Positions 1 to 13,900 of a stretch of 64,000 nucleotides of DNA are shown piece after piece; position 1 is the stretch's first letter; each line of letters starts with the position of its first letter. This DNA is from Monocercomonoides exilis PA203 (Eukaryota > Protista > Preaxostyla), in assembly GCA_001643675.2 (NCBI GenBank), contig LSRY02000032.1, positions 496,001 to 560,000 on the forward strand, in the 5' to 3' direction. Both the position numbers and the translations under genes were made by a program. Under the pieces are notes generated by a model that worked only from the letters and a program-made list of their open reading frames with translations, was not told the origin of the DNA and made no database searches.

Positions 1-9
1 AAAACATAC

Positions 10-421
10 AACGATGCAAAACGCGAAGTGTTGGTAAATAAGGTCCATCTCTTGTTTGAAAGAATCTAGGATAATTTCCTACAACAAGCAAATTAATATG
101 TCCATGACTTTTTGGAAAGATGACACAATCAAAACGTGTTTCAAAAAAACGGGGAAAATATTTTAAAAAAGTCTTTGAATTGCTTCTTATAAACAATAAA
201 ATACCATTTTGCAACTTTTATTGATTCACTTTTTGGTAAAACTACATCAAGTATTTCTTCGTTTATTCCAGCTGAATCTTTGAAAAAGCTTCGAACTTCA
301 CGCAGTTTTGATGTTTTCAATTGCCCAAATGTGGCAATATCTTCTTTTGGTTTGAATCTTTTCAAAGCAAAGCAAATAAAAATGAAAATTATCTGGCAAT
401 TCATCCAAACCTTCTGAACAT
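10..421 (-). CDS. MCTS1: MCTS1/Tma20 translation re-initiation factor, 5' part (exons 421-411, 357-205, 107-10; continues past the window edge)
   Basis: Spliced translation MFRRFKPKEDIATFGQLKTSKLREV...LPKSESIKVAKCHGHINLLVVGNYPRFFQTRDGPYLPTLRVLHR matches the MCT-1 N-terminus (MFKKF..E..QLKTS..PK...GP..PTLRLLH). GT-AG introns at 410-358 and 204-108, and a donor at 9. Confidence 0.88.
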
Positions 422-847
422 TATGATCTTTAACCAAAATACATCGCATAATTTTTTATTTTCTTTTTCACAAAAAAACTATTTCCTGCATATTTCATCC
501 GCAGAACATCATATGTTAATACTGTTCGGGCTCAATAAAGATAACGGCTTTCGTTTCATTATTTCAAGCTATTTTGCAAACAAAATACATTTAATAAAAA
601 CGAGTTTTTCTTAAATACCTGAAAAAGAGTTTGAAGATTGTGGACCATCAATTATTTCTGATATTTCCTTATGCAACAAAACTTATTGCGATAAATCAAT
701 AACAATATGAACATTTTTCGAGCACGATTATGGTATTCTTGGTTGTATTAATGGATATCTTCAATTCGAAAAATCAAGCAAATTTGCATAGATTTAATGA
801 TGAACTTTTTTGAAGAGAAAGAGAATAGCATTTTTTTAATGCTTTGT

Positions 848-2730
848 TTATTCATTTAATAACTGTGAAATGATTGAAGGAGAATGTGATATGGAAAGTT
901 CAGAAAGAGTGCTTGAAAGAACAGAAGGATATGACACGTAAGCATCATTTGAGCATTGCCATTGAATAATATTTTTGTGAAGTGTTTGAAGGAAAGTGAC
1001 ATAGTTACGTATTCTCACTGATTTTGAATCACAAGGCGAAGCAGAAGGAACTGTTGTTCGAGAAGGATTGAAAGATGTGGAAGAAGAAGAAGAAGAAGAA
1101 GAAGAAGAAGAAGAAGAAGAAGAAGAAGAAGAAGAAGAAGAAGAAGAAGAAGAAGAAGAAGAAGAAGAAGAAGATGATGATGATGATGATGAAGATGAGG
1201 AAGGCTCCAATGAGCAAAATGCGGAAGAGTGAAAAGAGGCATTTTGCGCATTGGAAGCTGAAGACAAGCAGCAAAGCGATGATGGTGAAGGAGAATGAGA
1301 AGGCTCTGTGGAATGCTCTGTAGCAAACACTGGAGAGTCTGCAGCACAAAGCAAGACAGTTGCACTTGGTGTCGAAGGATTCTTCTTCCTTTGCCTCGCT
1401 CCAGACGGGTTGACATCATCAATTGCCTCCTCATCCTTTCGAACAGTGCTGGAATCGACAGCATTCGCTTCTGGCGATCGTTCAACTTTCTCTTTTTCTT
1501 CTCTTTTGCATTCTTCTCGAACACTTTTGAAAACTCTGCTGTTCGAATCACTTTCATCACCTTCATCTGATTTTATCCTTTGAATCATAATTTCTTTTTT
1601 GTTTCCTTCTTTTTCCTTCTTTTCATTTTCCTTTCCTTTCTCTTCTCTTTCTGAATCTTTCTTCTCGCTATCATCTTCAAATCCATCATCTGCTCCTTCA
1701 ACACATTCTTCCTCTTCCATCTCTTCTTCCTCTTCTTCTTTTTCTGCGATCTCAATAGCCTCATTGCACTGTTCTCTCAGAACATTCTGCATTTTTCTCT
1801 GTCTGCGCCATACCTCAAATGCTTCCTCCATATCTTTCTGATTAAATGCCGGCCATTTTACTGGAGTGAAATAAATTACTGCTTCAGACATCTGCAAAAG
1901 CAAAAAATCTGAAAATCGAGTCTCTCCCGATGTTCGGATCAGAAGATCCAAAGGCGGCTGCTCCTCAGAGTCAAGAGATCGCATAAAAAGAGAATGATTG
2001 ATATCTCTAAATTATAAATTATTGTTTTGTAAATTTTTTAATCGAAAAATATGTATCATTTTTAAAATGGAACGACAAAAAGAATAAAAGCAGTAATAAA
2101 AGCATTATAAGGTACAATGCAGCATACGATGGCTTTATTATTCCAAAAGCTGTTCCAAAACTCAAGCGTTGACGAGCTCGTTTTATCTCTTCAGAAGAAA
2201 GATATCCATAGCAAATATTAAAGAAAAACTGCGAATTGTCTAAAGTTTGACGCATCAGATCTGCAGCTCTTCTACGAACTGTTTTTCCAAGTTCTTTATT
2301 TGCACTACGCTTTATGAATAAATCAAGATCTCCAAAACAAGTTACTCTTATTCGTTTTTCTTTGATAAAATCTCTAAAAAAGAAATATCATCTTCAAAAT
2401 AGGATGAAGTTCAAACTTTTGATTTTCCATTTTATTGATTGTCGTTAGTGTTAAATTCATTAAAGCCTCAATCTCCTTTGGATCTCTTTTAAAATTATCA
2501 GAGCTAAACGCATATACTGTAAAATGCCTTATTCCAAGATTACAACATAATTCAAGCATATTTCGCATAGTGGTAATTCCAGATTTATGTCCTTCCTCAA
2601 CAGATAGAGAGCGTGATTTTGACCAACGACGATTTCCATCCATAATCACTGCAACATGCTTTGGTAATCCTTTCCATTTCTGATAATTTAACTTTGCATC
2701 GTTAATTTTTTGAGAAACAAATTTCCACAT
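848..2730 (-). CDS. DHDDS: cis-prenyltransferase (dehydrodolichyl diphosphate synthase, RER2/DHDDS type) with a long acidic/poly-Ser C-terminal extension
   Basis: Motifs PKHVAVIMDGNRRW, GH..G, TVYAFSSDNFKR, NICYGY, LDLLIRTSGETRFSDFLL. Introns 2416-2374 and 2127-2007 join the ORFs in frame. A further upstream exon (intron 2879-2745) is also in frame, so the start may lie further upstream. Confidence 0.92.
1080..1190. repeat. (GAA)~31 followed by (GAT)6 microsatellite, encoding poly-Ser on the minus strand
   Basis: Directly visible trinucleotide run inside the DHDDS C-terminal extension. Confidence 0.95.
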
Positions 2731-3309
2731 TGCATGTATTCCCTCTGGTTATTGTTATTAAAATTGCCAATTTATCAATAAAGGTTGTTATTTAATAAAT
2801 GGGGCAAAATTTTTGCAATTATGAAATAAACTGAGATTTGTTCCAAACTTTTTCAACAATCATTTCATTATAAATCAACCGTAACTATGTAAATAGTTAC
2901 AGAAAAATTCAAAAATCGAGAAAAATATATGCAAGTGAAGAATGGAACAAAATTCATAAATCAATATATTTTGTCCCAAATCTGTCAAGTTTCCTTGTTG
3001 TTCTTCTTCGAAAATTTGACCATTTGAATGATATAAAGGCCATTTATACAACACCAAATTTTTCCATTTCAATGAAATTCACACTTTTTTAAAAATTGTT
3101 TTTTTAACAAAGAATAAGTTTTTCTTTTTTCATTTCGTTGATTCTCAAATTTTCAATTTTATGCCCATTTCAATCAATTTAATGCCTCTTCAAACAATTC
3201 ATACAAGAATTTACTCCTTTCATTTTTTTTAAAAAAAAAAAACAAAGTTAAGTTAATAAAACGCAAATTTCATTTTTTCCATCATAAACCAAATAAAACA
3301 ATGGTATTT

Positions 3310-3678
3310 CTACAATTCTTTCGATACTTTGATATTTTCTTTCAAATCTTTGCTTTCCATATTGTCATTTTCTGGTTTAGTATTCTCTTTTCCTTCATTT
3401 GAAGTTACAGAACTGTCTTTGCTTTTTTGAGCTTCATATGCTTCGTAGGCTTTTATAGCTTCTTCTCTTTTTCGTTTCTCTTCTTCAAGATATTTTTGTG
3501 CTAAATGCTCTTCTCCATCGCAGTCATCTTCTTCAAATGGGCTTGGAATATGAAAAGGATCGCAAGGCTTGTCTGGCTGCACCATTATGCAAATAAAAGT
3601 TGTTGCAATAACGAAAAAAATAAATTCACAAACATCAGAATACAGTTCTGTAAAAAAGAGCAATATCCATGCAATCAT
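3310..3678 (-). CDS. small hypothetical membrane protein (hydrophobic N-terminus, charged tail)
   Basis: 122-aa ATG ORF, head-to-head with the gene starting at 3771. No family recognised. Confidence 0.55.
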   Translation of the reverse strand: MIAWILLFFTELYSDVCEFIFFVIATTFICIMVQPDKPCDPFHIPSPFEEDDCDGEEHLAQKYLEEEKRKREEAIKAYEAYEAQKSKDSSVTSNEGKENTKPENDNMESKDLKENIKVSKEL

Positions 3679-3770
3679 TGTTTATGAAGATTTTGTTTTC
3701 TAAATAAATAAATTTTTAAAATTTTATTATTATGGATATAATATTACCATAATTGTTTGTTATTTCTTTC

Positions 3771-6077
3771 ATGAGTGAAGAAGAAGACATCACTGATATT
3801 CTTAAAGATTTTCAGATTGTTACGATTGAAGATGTTAGAAATACAAGTTTTGTTTTTTATTTGCTTTTAGTTTTGCATTTGCAAAATTTTGATATTTATA
3901 TCGCAGGAAAGGCATTGAAAAATCGGGATTCATACATCGTTCTTGATACAAACGCACCATTTCGATATCTTTTTCCGCTTTGCACTCAATATAAATTATT
4001 AACAGAGCATATTCAAGCTCATCCAAGTTCTGGAATTGCTTCAATTCATCGCCAATTGAAAGAGAATATTTCTGAAATAACAACAGGCTATGGCGGATAT
4101 GCAAAGCCAACAGTGTGATAATTTGAATATTGCGATGCGCATATAACATATTATATTTCAAAAAATAATATTAGACTGCATTTTCGCACTGGGGGCTTTC
4201 ATCAATTTTCACTGATTTTTCACTTGATTATCAACAAAATCCTCAAATGACCAAATTAAACTTATATTTTCAACATTTATCAGAGGTGATGATGATCATT
4301 TCCCTATGCGAATCAATATCACAATCAGTTTTGCATTTTGAATCAGAAAGTCAATCAACAATCAATTTTAGATACGTTGGACATCAACTCTCAATTCTTT
4401 ATGTTTGCTGACATCCATTTATTAATTGTTTTGTAATTGACTAAATGAAATTTCGCTGTATTTTTTTTAGCATTCTCTTCGGTTTATTAGTAAAGAAACG
4501 TCTTTTGAAGGAATAAGTTCACGTAGGGCATTCGCTCAAGCCAAAAATCAATCCTCCTCACAGATAAAAGCGAAAGCTTCAACATTTTTATCAGAAATTG
4601 AAGCACATTTTGATGGATTAAAAGGACTATGGGAAGGAGATGGAATTGAAAAAAGTGAATCAGATTGGTTTGACAATATGACAAAATATTAATTTCTCAT
4701 AAGCATTTATATTTATTCTCATTTGATATGTTCTTTTGCTTGTTTTATTTTATTTTATTTTATTTTATTTATTAATTTATTTTGTCCAGGCTTTTTGATT
4801 TCTCAAATAGAGTTTTGAAGACGCTGTTCACTTGCTATCTTTCCTTGTCTGGAACATCTTCTTTTCAAAAACGATTAAACTATTCAAGATCCATAACAAC
4901 ATCAAAACCTCCTTCTTATTCAGATCCTGAACAAACTTCTCTGTTCTTTTCATCATCATCATCATCTTCTTCTTCTTCTTCAACTTCTTCTTCTTCTTCT
5001 TCTCAAATACCCAGATCTCAATCAGGAGGTGAACTAGATGGCGAAGCTTGTATGCATTCAATAGCTGATATTGCCAAAGAATCCAGAGCAAAATCCAAAT
5101 CGTCTTTGTCTTTTGCCTCGTTTTCCTCGTTCAGCTCCTTCGAATATTCGCCTTCACCTTACAGTTATTCTTTCCCTATACCAGCATCTTTAAATCAACC
5201 AAACACTTCATCATCATCATCATCATCATCATCGTTTTCTTCTTCTTCCTCTTCTTCTTCCTCTTCTTCTTCGCTTTCTGACTCGTTAATGTTATCCTCT
5301 CCTTTATCATCTTCTTCAACTGCTTCTTCTTCCTCTTTTTCTTCTCCAGAGAATGATGCTGGCTCTTCAAATTTATCGACTCCTTTGCTTCCATCATCAT
5401 CATCATCATCTTCTTCTTCTTCTTCTTCTTCTTCTTCTTCTTCTTCATTGTCTTCCTCTTCCTCTTCCTCTTCCTCTTCCACTTTGACATCCACGTTCAA
5501 TGAGCCCAATGACATCAATCTGATGCTCTCTCCATTCCTTTCGCTTCGGCCGCCTGCAAATCCGCTGTGGCTGAGCTCTCTTGTGTCGCCAGATGCAGTG
5601 GAAGCAGAGGACGAAGAGAGGAGGATGCAGATGGAAGGAAAGAAAAGGAGCAGAGAGAAAGGGAGAGAAAGGGAGATGGAAGAAGAAGGAGAGAAAGAAA
5701 GAGAAGGAGGAAATGGAAGAGAAAATGAAAGAAATGTGGGAAGTGATGAAGGAGAAATCGAGGCGAAACAGAAGAGCGAGAATGAAAAGAAAGAAAATGA
5801 TGACAAATCTGTTAGTGACAACAATCACAAATCAACAGAGCCATTGCAAAAGGAAGCATCAGCAAAGCAGTCACATGAAAACAAAGCTGAAGAGATGCGA
5901 AGTATGAACGTCACAGCAGACAAGAGAGAGACAGGAAAAGGAGACTATTTTGTTGACGCCTTTGCGATGCTGTATGAGGGAGTGCATTTTACTTTTGGAG
6001 GCAAAATGGAAGGAGAAAAATCAGGTAAAGGGAAGATTAGATCTTATTCGATGAAACCTTCAGTGGAGATGAAATGA
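3771..6077 (+). CDS. multi-exon hypothetical protein with poly-Ser and Glu-rich low-complexity last exon
   Basis: ATG at 3771, in-frame intron 3847-3906, further AT-rich GT-AG introns and a 431-aa terminal ORF. Middle exons were not fully resolved. Confidence 0.6.
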
Positions 6078-6624
6078 TGGGCAAGCTCTGCTTTTTTTGA
6101 ACAATGACGCATTCTCTCTCTCTTTTATTGTTCGGTTTTAATGGTTGTTATTTGTTTGTAATATAATTGCCGACTGTTTTTTGTAAAAACTTAATGAATT
6201 TGTTTAGAATTTTTCTCTTTTTTTATTGATTTTTTTAGAAATGAAAATTTGACTTATTTTTGAGATTTTAGAAATAATTTTTGGGAACGTTATATTTTCA
6301 GAGTTTTGTGATAAACATTGATTCGAATTGTTTGATTTTTTCCATTTTAATTTGTCTCTTTGCATTTTGAATCACTCATTTACGAGTTTATTCATCTGGG
6401 ATTTTTCTTCAATTACTTTCCTTTTACAATACCTTAAATTGCCTATCTGTAATTTTTTGCAATTTTTCCATCAAACTTGCATTTCATGCTGACATGCAAG
6501 TCAAAATACATCATGACTGAAAATTGTCAGAAAAAAAATTCTGAAATTTGACATTTTAACATTATTACAAAGTGGATCATCATTTTGCATGTGAATTTTG
6601 CTTTATAAAAACAAAGATCAAGGC

Positions 6625-7443
6625 TCATGAAATTCTTTTTACAACGTTCCTCATTACAACATAATAAAAAAAGAATACGACAGACCAAAACAACAAATAT
6701 GAAAAACAACTAAGGTCATATTTACTTTTAAAAGTAAACGGAAACGCTTCAACAAAATCACTTCCTTCTGCTATTTTCAAAATATGATAATTTTCTTTAT
6801 TTCTTTCCAAAGCTACTTTTAGAGATCTTTTTCCAAGTGTTTTCCAAAAATCTGTATCATTTTTTGGAAAATCTGATCCATCAACATTGTTGTCCAATCT
6901 AAATGATTCAATGTAATCTCTAGGTCCAAGGTTTATAGCTCTCTCGAATTCTTTGAGCCATTCATCAATGATTGTGCTATTTTCAGAAGCAAATAAGATT
7001 GACGTATCAAGTTGGTCCAAACTTCCATCTAATGAATATAATATTAATTGGTAATTCGAAGAATTTAATAAATCTATAGCATTTTCCGCAAAATCTTTTG
7101 AAAGAAGTCTCATGTTTGGTTCTATCCACAAGCCACCAAATTTTTCAAGAATTGAAATTTTGTAAAAATCGTGCTTCGCACTCTCTGGTAAACTTCGAAC
7201 GCGATAAGGAAATAAATCTTGATTGAGATATACTGGGATTGTTTCGTCCGTTAAAAGTACAACAGCCCAATCTCCAAGCAAATTTCTATTCTCGCGAGTT
7301 GTAAATAATGTATTGGGACTACTTCGAGGAATATAGCTCCAATACCTTGAAGGTGCAAAGCTTTTCGAAGTCATACAAATTGTTTCATGAATTATGAAGT
7401 GTACAATCAGAAAATACCAAAACATCACATAATTGTATCCCAT
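6625..7443 (-). CDS. glycosyltransferase family 32 / capsular polysaccharide synthesis (Caps_synth)-like protein
   Basis: W.V.LLTDETI..YL, KHDFYKISILEKFGGLWIE (cf. SD..R...L..YGG.W.D), A..NS.II.EWL. Hydrophobic N- and C-termini. Confidence 0.7.
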   Translation of the reverse strand: MGYNYVMFWYFLIVHFIIHETICMTSKSFAPSRYWSYIPRSSPNTLFTTRENRNLLGDWAVVLLTDETIPVYLNQDLFPYRVRSLPESAKHDFYKISILEKFGGLWIEPNMRLLSKDFAENAIDLLNSSNYQLILYSLDGSLDQLDTSILFASENSTIIDEWLKEFERAINLGPRDYIESFRLDNNVDGSDFPKNDTDFWKTLGKRSLKVALERNKENYHILKIAEGSDFVEAFPFTFKSKYDLSCFSYLLFWSVVFFFYYVVMRNVVKRIS

Positions 7444-7973
7444 AACAAATAGTTCTGAATGATAAGAAAACACTAATAAATAATAAATGAAAAACAAAAA
7501 GATAACCCATGAGAAATAAACGCATTTTTGAGAATGGCATGATAATTTTTTTTTTCATTCATTTTGAAAACATTTCAAATGAAATTTTAATTGATGAAAA
7601 ATGTGTTTGCGAATTTTCTCGTTTTTCATTTTTAAAGGGCAATCTGATGAGCATTGCAAATATTTTAAAAAAGAACCTTTCCATTTTTAAAAATTCATCT
7701 ATAAATGAACAACAGTTTAAAAATTGAAAATAAAATCCTTCATCAAATCTAATGCATGATCATTCAATAAACAAAATACAAAACAAAACAATAAATGATA
7801 AGCACTAAGGTTTTTATATTTATAAAATAAAATTTCAGTTGCTGATTAATCAAACAATCTTCAAAAAATATTCACAAGAAATATATTATTGATGCAATAA
7901 ATATCTCGAATCAGAAACACTGTAACATTGTCATCTTCAAACTTTTGCTAACAAGAAATGCCAACAGATGCAT

Positions 7974-10900
7974 TCATCCTTCAAACAAAATCGATTCATC
8001 ATCTTCGCCAACCACACGAATGTGAAGCACTTCTTCCACATCTGACAACACACGGGCGTTTTTCGAGTGAGTTGCGACAAATTCCTCATTTGGCCCTCCA
8101 AAAGATGCCGGAATGTCTTTGGCTGTGAGGCAGCCCACAATCCCTTTGCAGCGCAGATCATACTCACCAGGAACAAGAAACACAAACTGCACTGAATGCT
8201 GCATGACTCCTAACGAAGCACCACTATCTTTGCTATTTACAACATTTTTATCCAAAACCAGTTCTTTTCTCTTCTTATCCAATTTGATCTGTTGAGAATC
8301 ATCTCCACTGCAACAGTTACTTCCATCTGTTGCTCCTTTTGAAGGCGTCACCCAGCTGTTGTGCAGCTGCCCATTCCACACAATCTCCGTCGGCCGCTGC
8401 GCCTCGCGAAATGACTCGTACAAAACAGACGGACTGAACAAATCAGTCGCATCTGGCTGATAAAACACTTGCTCTGCATCTTTCTCCACACACGAATCTC
8501 CCCCACTTTCTTTGCTGCACTTCTGATCGTTTGCAAGAGAACCTGTTGAAATGACTGTGTTTTCAGTACTGTTTTCATTTTCCTCTTGTTCTGCCTCCTC
8601 CGCAGGGCATATCGTATCAAGTGCAGCTTCAGTCAGTGTCAGCATAGGTGTCTCTCCATCAATTGCCTGCTGATGCAATGGAGAATGGCATGGCACCACT
8701 GAAATAGAGGCGAATATCCGCTCCTTCGCCAGCGGCGTCCTCGCATTAGGCGAAAACGCAGATTCGGCGAAAAAGACAGAAGGCGACAAGCTCATCTGGA
8801 GGTTGACTGGCTGAAACAGCGGAATGATCAGCGAAGACCCCTCACTCTCCTCTGGCTCAAGCTCTGCCTCTTCACCTGCTCTCTCCATCACATCCTCACA
8901 TTCACTCAATGTTTCGATCAATCTCCTGTCTCTTCCTTTGTCACTTCCTCTGTCGCTTCCATCTTTCTCATCTGAATTCCCTTCGTCGCAATCAATCGGC
9001 ATCTCCTCCGCCAGCAGTGCAGGTTGTGGCAGCGTCAGACGTGTGTGCAGAGAGAAATGAGGCTCCTTCACAGCAGACAGCGCCACTTCGCCAGGCGGAG
9101 GCACTGAAGGTGTGGCAGGTGCGAATGAGATGAGTGAGGAGAGAGGGGTCAGCAGAGGAGGAGGAGGCAATGGAGGAGGAACAGCAGCAGCAGCACGGGA
9201 CGATGCTTTGGCAGAGGAAGAAGAGGAGTTGTATGTGGGAAGAGGGCGGGAGGAGAAGGCAGCGAGGAGATGGGGATGAAGTGAGAGGGTGCCAGAGGCA
9301 GATGAAGTGGACCATTCGAGTGTGACGAGATTGGAGATGATGTGGGCAGCCACAGCAGCTGCTGCAGTTGAAGAGGAAGAAGAAGTCGATGACGAATATG
9401 ATGAGGATGAAGACACATTCGAATTCTGGTTATTCTGCTGTGCAGGTAAAGCAGATGAGCCAGCTGAATCAGAAGAGAGCGAGACAAGTGCATCGATAAG
9501 AGCTGTGGGAATGCAAGGCAGCGTCACCACGATTGTTTTGATGGAGGAAGGCTCAAGAATCGCTGAAGACAAGCGCTCGTCAAACAAACCGCTTTTCGGC
9601 TCGGTCCGTCTGTGGTTTTTGAGTCCTCGCCTTTTTCTTGTTAATCCGTCTTCATCGCTTGAAGACTTGCACACTGTTGGGTGTGGAGTGTTGCCTAAGA
9701 AGCATTGCTTCGCTTTCTCCCTCACAAACAGCTCTCTTTCCTTCCGAAACTGCCTCCGCAGCCCGTTTTTATTGAGGTGGCAGCGGATGGTGAAGATTGT
9801 GTTGGAGGACGAGTTGCACAGGGAGATGCAGAATGTGAAGAAGTGTGATGAAGAGAGCGGCCAAAGAGGATGTGGCAGCAGAGAAAGAGCCAGACTGCGC
9901 GATTGATCTTCACCAGAAGAAGAAGCAGAAGAAGAAGGAGAAGGAGAAAGAAGAGGAGGAGTGGAACCTAAAGAGAGCAGAGAGCCTTTGCGTGTGAGTG
10001 GAGGAAGTGTCATGGAAGGAGAAGAAGCAGAAGATGACGACGATGATGATGAGAGTGCTCGTAGTTCATTCTTTTCCTCCTCCTCCTCTCCGCAGAATGT
10101 GCTAGTCATTGAGTCCAGCAGGCGTTCAGCGTCAGACGGCGACGGGTTGCAGCGGAGGAAGCGGAGGGAGCATACTCGGAGCCCCTTGTTGATGAAGCAC
10201 GGGATTGTCAGCTCAAACTGCCGCAGCACCAGCGACGTGGTGCCATCGTCGACGACTTCTCCTTCTTCGCCTGTGTCCACAAAGCCCCGCATGGCAATCT
10301 CAGTGATGTCGAACGGGTCGAAGGGGAGAGGAAGAGGGATGGATGAGGAAGAAGAAGAAGAAGAAGAAGATGATGATGATGACAATGATAATGCAGGTAA
10401 TGTGGATTGTGACGAAGATTCAGATGATGTTGAAGAGGAGGAAGATGAAGAGGAGGAAGAAGAAGAAGAAGATGATGATGATGTTATGTTGTTTAGAAGT
10501 GTTTTAGCTGATGAAGTGACAATAGTCTGATAGAACTCCTCCTCAATCCTCTGCTTCTCTCTTCTTTCCTCTTCATCCTTCTCCTCTTTCCTCTTCATCT
10601 TCTCCTCCTTCTTCCTCTCCTCTGCCTCTTTCCTCACCTTCTTCGCCTTCTCCCTCTTCACCACTGCTGCTAAGTGCTGTCTCCAGTCAGCACGTGCCAA
10701 GTCCGGAATGCACCCGAACTCAAACTTGAACGTCACGCTCTCTGCATCCACCTCCACCGGCGACTCCACCGCCAGCCTTCGCGTCTCCCCTGGCAGCAGC
10801 GGCCGTGTTGCATTGATCAGCGCCACAGAGTCCCAGCGGAAGCTGCGGTCGGCCAGGAAATGCTCTTCCTCCAGCACAATCTCTGCCTCGTGGATGAACC

Positions 10901-13900
10901 ACTCGTCGATCTCCCGCTCGAAGTCCAGGCGCCGCTTGAAGAAGGCAGCAGAAGGGGGAGGGAGAGGAACAGAGGAAGAAGAGGAGGAGGAGAAGGGATC
11001 AGAGGATGCATCTATTGGCGTGTTCTCATTCTCACACGTTGCAGAAGCAGATGAAGAAGAAGAAGCAGAAGAAGATGTTGACTGAATGCTCAGGCCATCC
11101 ACATCTCCTCCTTCTTCTCCCCTCGCCTTCTTTTCTTCCTCCATCTTCAGCAGCCGCAGCGCCTCCGCCTCGTTCTGCAGGCGCTCCTGCTCCGCTTCAG
11201 CCTCCTTCTGAAACTGTCTAATCTTCTCCTTCCTCTCTCTGTCTCTTCTGTCTTTCTCTCTCTGCACTTTCTCCTGCTCTGCCTCATTCCCCGAGCACAC
11301 CACAGCAATCGACGTCACAGGAACTGCCCCAATGTTTGTAATCTCAAACGAAAAATGCGCTTTTTCGCCTTCCAAAAGAGATAGAACAGGAGTCGATGGA
11401 ACAACAGTGACTAGCGGTGTTGGTGGGAGCACGTCGACAGAGCGGAGGGAAAGAGAGAAGGGCAGAAGCGTCTCGTCGCCTCCAATGACAAATGGGTATG
11501 GAACAAGAGAGGAATCGGCAGGGTCTTGTGATGTGGAAGATTGAGAAGAAGAAGAAGAAGAAGCAGAGGAGGAGAAGGATGATGATGATGATGATGATGA
11601 TGACTTGGATGGAGAATTCGTCTTTCTGATGAATGAGCACGAGCCAAACAGCACCGATGCGTCGTGCACTGAGTAGCTGACACACCCAACACCCACAATG
11701 CGGAAGAGGCCGTCAACCAGTGGCCTTCCTGTGAGGATGATCTCGTTCTCGTTCTGCCCAGGCAAAAGATGGATGTCCAGAGGCATCGTCTCAAACAGGC
11801 TGCTTGGAACAGGCTGGGCAGGCGGTGTGTATTTGAGAACAGACAGCTCGCTCTCTTTGGCAGCACTTGATGATTTCTTCTTTTTCGCTTTTTTGGATGA
11901 CTTGTGAGAAGACGCATCACCAAAGCCATTCAGCTCATCTTCATCATCGTCTTCTTCTTCACCGTCATTGTCATTATCTTCTTCTCCTTCTTCTCCTTCT
12001 TCATTCTCCCCCTCAAATCCAGATGATCCTCCACTGAATCCACCGAATCCTCCTCCACCGCCATTTGCCTCGTCTTCTTCGATCACTCGCTCCACCAGCA
12101 GCTGCATGCCATGCAGAAAGAGAGACACTCGAAGTGGATTGCGCATCACAACCATCACTTGCACGGGCTCATCGGCCACCCACCGCACAAGAGAGGGAGA
12201 TGAGGGAAGATCCTGATGTGGATTGAGGAAAGAGAGAGAAAGAGAAAAAGAAAGAGAGAAAGAGAAAGAGACAGAGACAGAGACAGAGATAATTGAAGAT
12301 TGTTTGGGGAGAAAAAGAAATGATATAACAATAATAAATATGATTATAAAATATTTATCAAAATACATGAATCACAAAGAAATCTCTCTATAACAAACTT
12401 ATTATCCAAAACACTCATAAGAATATATATAAATATATATTGCCTCTTCATCAGCACACCTTTCTTTTGATCATTCCCCTCAGCTTGTCAATCGACGGCA
12501 CGTCCTTCGAAGCATCGCGTGAGCCTTGTCCTTTTATGGGCGAGTACAAAAACACGCTGTTTTGAGCAGCCTTTTTGGGTCTCTTGTCGACTGGGTCGAG
12601 CGACGGATCGACTGGCAGAGGGAAAATGGAGAGGACCAAAGGGAGGGAGAGGATGTCGTGCGGAAGAGCAGCAGAGGAGAAGGTGATGAAGGAAGAGAGA
12701 GGAGAAGAGGAAGAAGAAGAGGAGGAGGAGGAGGAGGAAGGAGAAAGAAGTGCGGAGGATGAGGATGAGGAAGAAGAAGAGGATGATGAAGGAGAAAGAG
12801 AAGATGCAGATGAAAGAGAAGAAGAAATGGCAGATGAAGCAGACGAAGAAGAGGCTGAAGAAGCTGTGGAAGACGAGGTAGTCACGAGGATGTTAATGAT
12901 TTTGCCGACAAGCTCAGTCTGCTGCATTTCTGACATGGAAGAGTGGAAGTATGCCAAAAGGAATGTGCGATAGCGGAACAGCGAAAGAGGATCGTCCATT
13001 TGCGAAGACAGCGCAATCAGCTCATCAATCAGCGAGCGCCGGATCAGCTGCCAGCCTCCCATTGAGGTGATCATGGGATCTGTGGGTGAATGAAAAAACC
13101 AGACAAAATTTTAAAAATTAAAAATCACAGAAAAAAATTATGTTTTAAGAGAATTTTGGAAAAAAAATTTCTCGAGATGTATTGAATTCAAATCTTTACA
13201 TAAAAATACACTCTTTTCTTTTAGTTTATTTCATTTGATTTTTCACTCCTCCTTTCTCATTTCGACCATCCAACATATGCTCATTCCACACCTTCATCCT
13301 TCAGCCCAACCAGCGTGCCCAGCTGATACAGCGGCGCTATTGCCAGCAGCAGCTTGTGCGACAGCAGCAGTTTTCCGTCTCTTTTCATCAGGGACGCCGC
13401 CGAGAGCGCATAAAACGCGCTTTTCCGCTTCAGCCCGAGGTGTCTCGCCAGCTGCGACAGGCGCAGCAGAACAGCAGTCTGCGCTGCCATCGACTGGAAC
13501 CCGCGGCTCACTAGCGCAATCTGCCTTAGCAGCGCCGGCACAAACGAGTTCACCCCCTCGCGCTCTTCCGGCGTGAGGAGCAGGACAAGCGAGACGGCTG
13601 ATAAGAATAGCTCCACATACAGCAGCAGAAGCAGCTGGATCGCCTCGTGTGTCTCCGAAAACCCGACGCTGCCGCTGCTGTTTGCTGAGCTGCCCAGAAA
13701 CGACGCGGCAGACGAAGACGAGACGATCGATGGAGGTGGATAGCCGTCTCTTCCAAGCGCAGCAGAGGAAGCAGTGGAGGAAGAGACAGTGGAGGTGAAG
13801 AAGGGTGCTACGCCGAAAGAGTCTTGGAAGGCCGATGACGCAGTCACTGCAAGTGCAGCAGTGGAAGTCACAGTGAACGGTGCTGAAGAAATGGCAGAAG

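Noticed and set aside
430-840. Possible small gene between MCTS1 and DHDDS
   Set aside because: No consistent spliced ORF or recognisable motif could be built.
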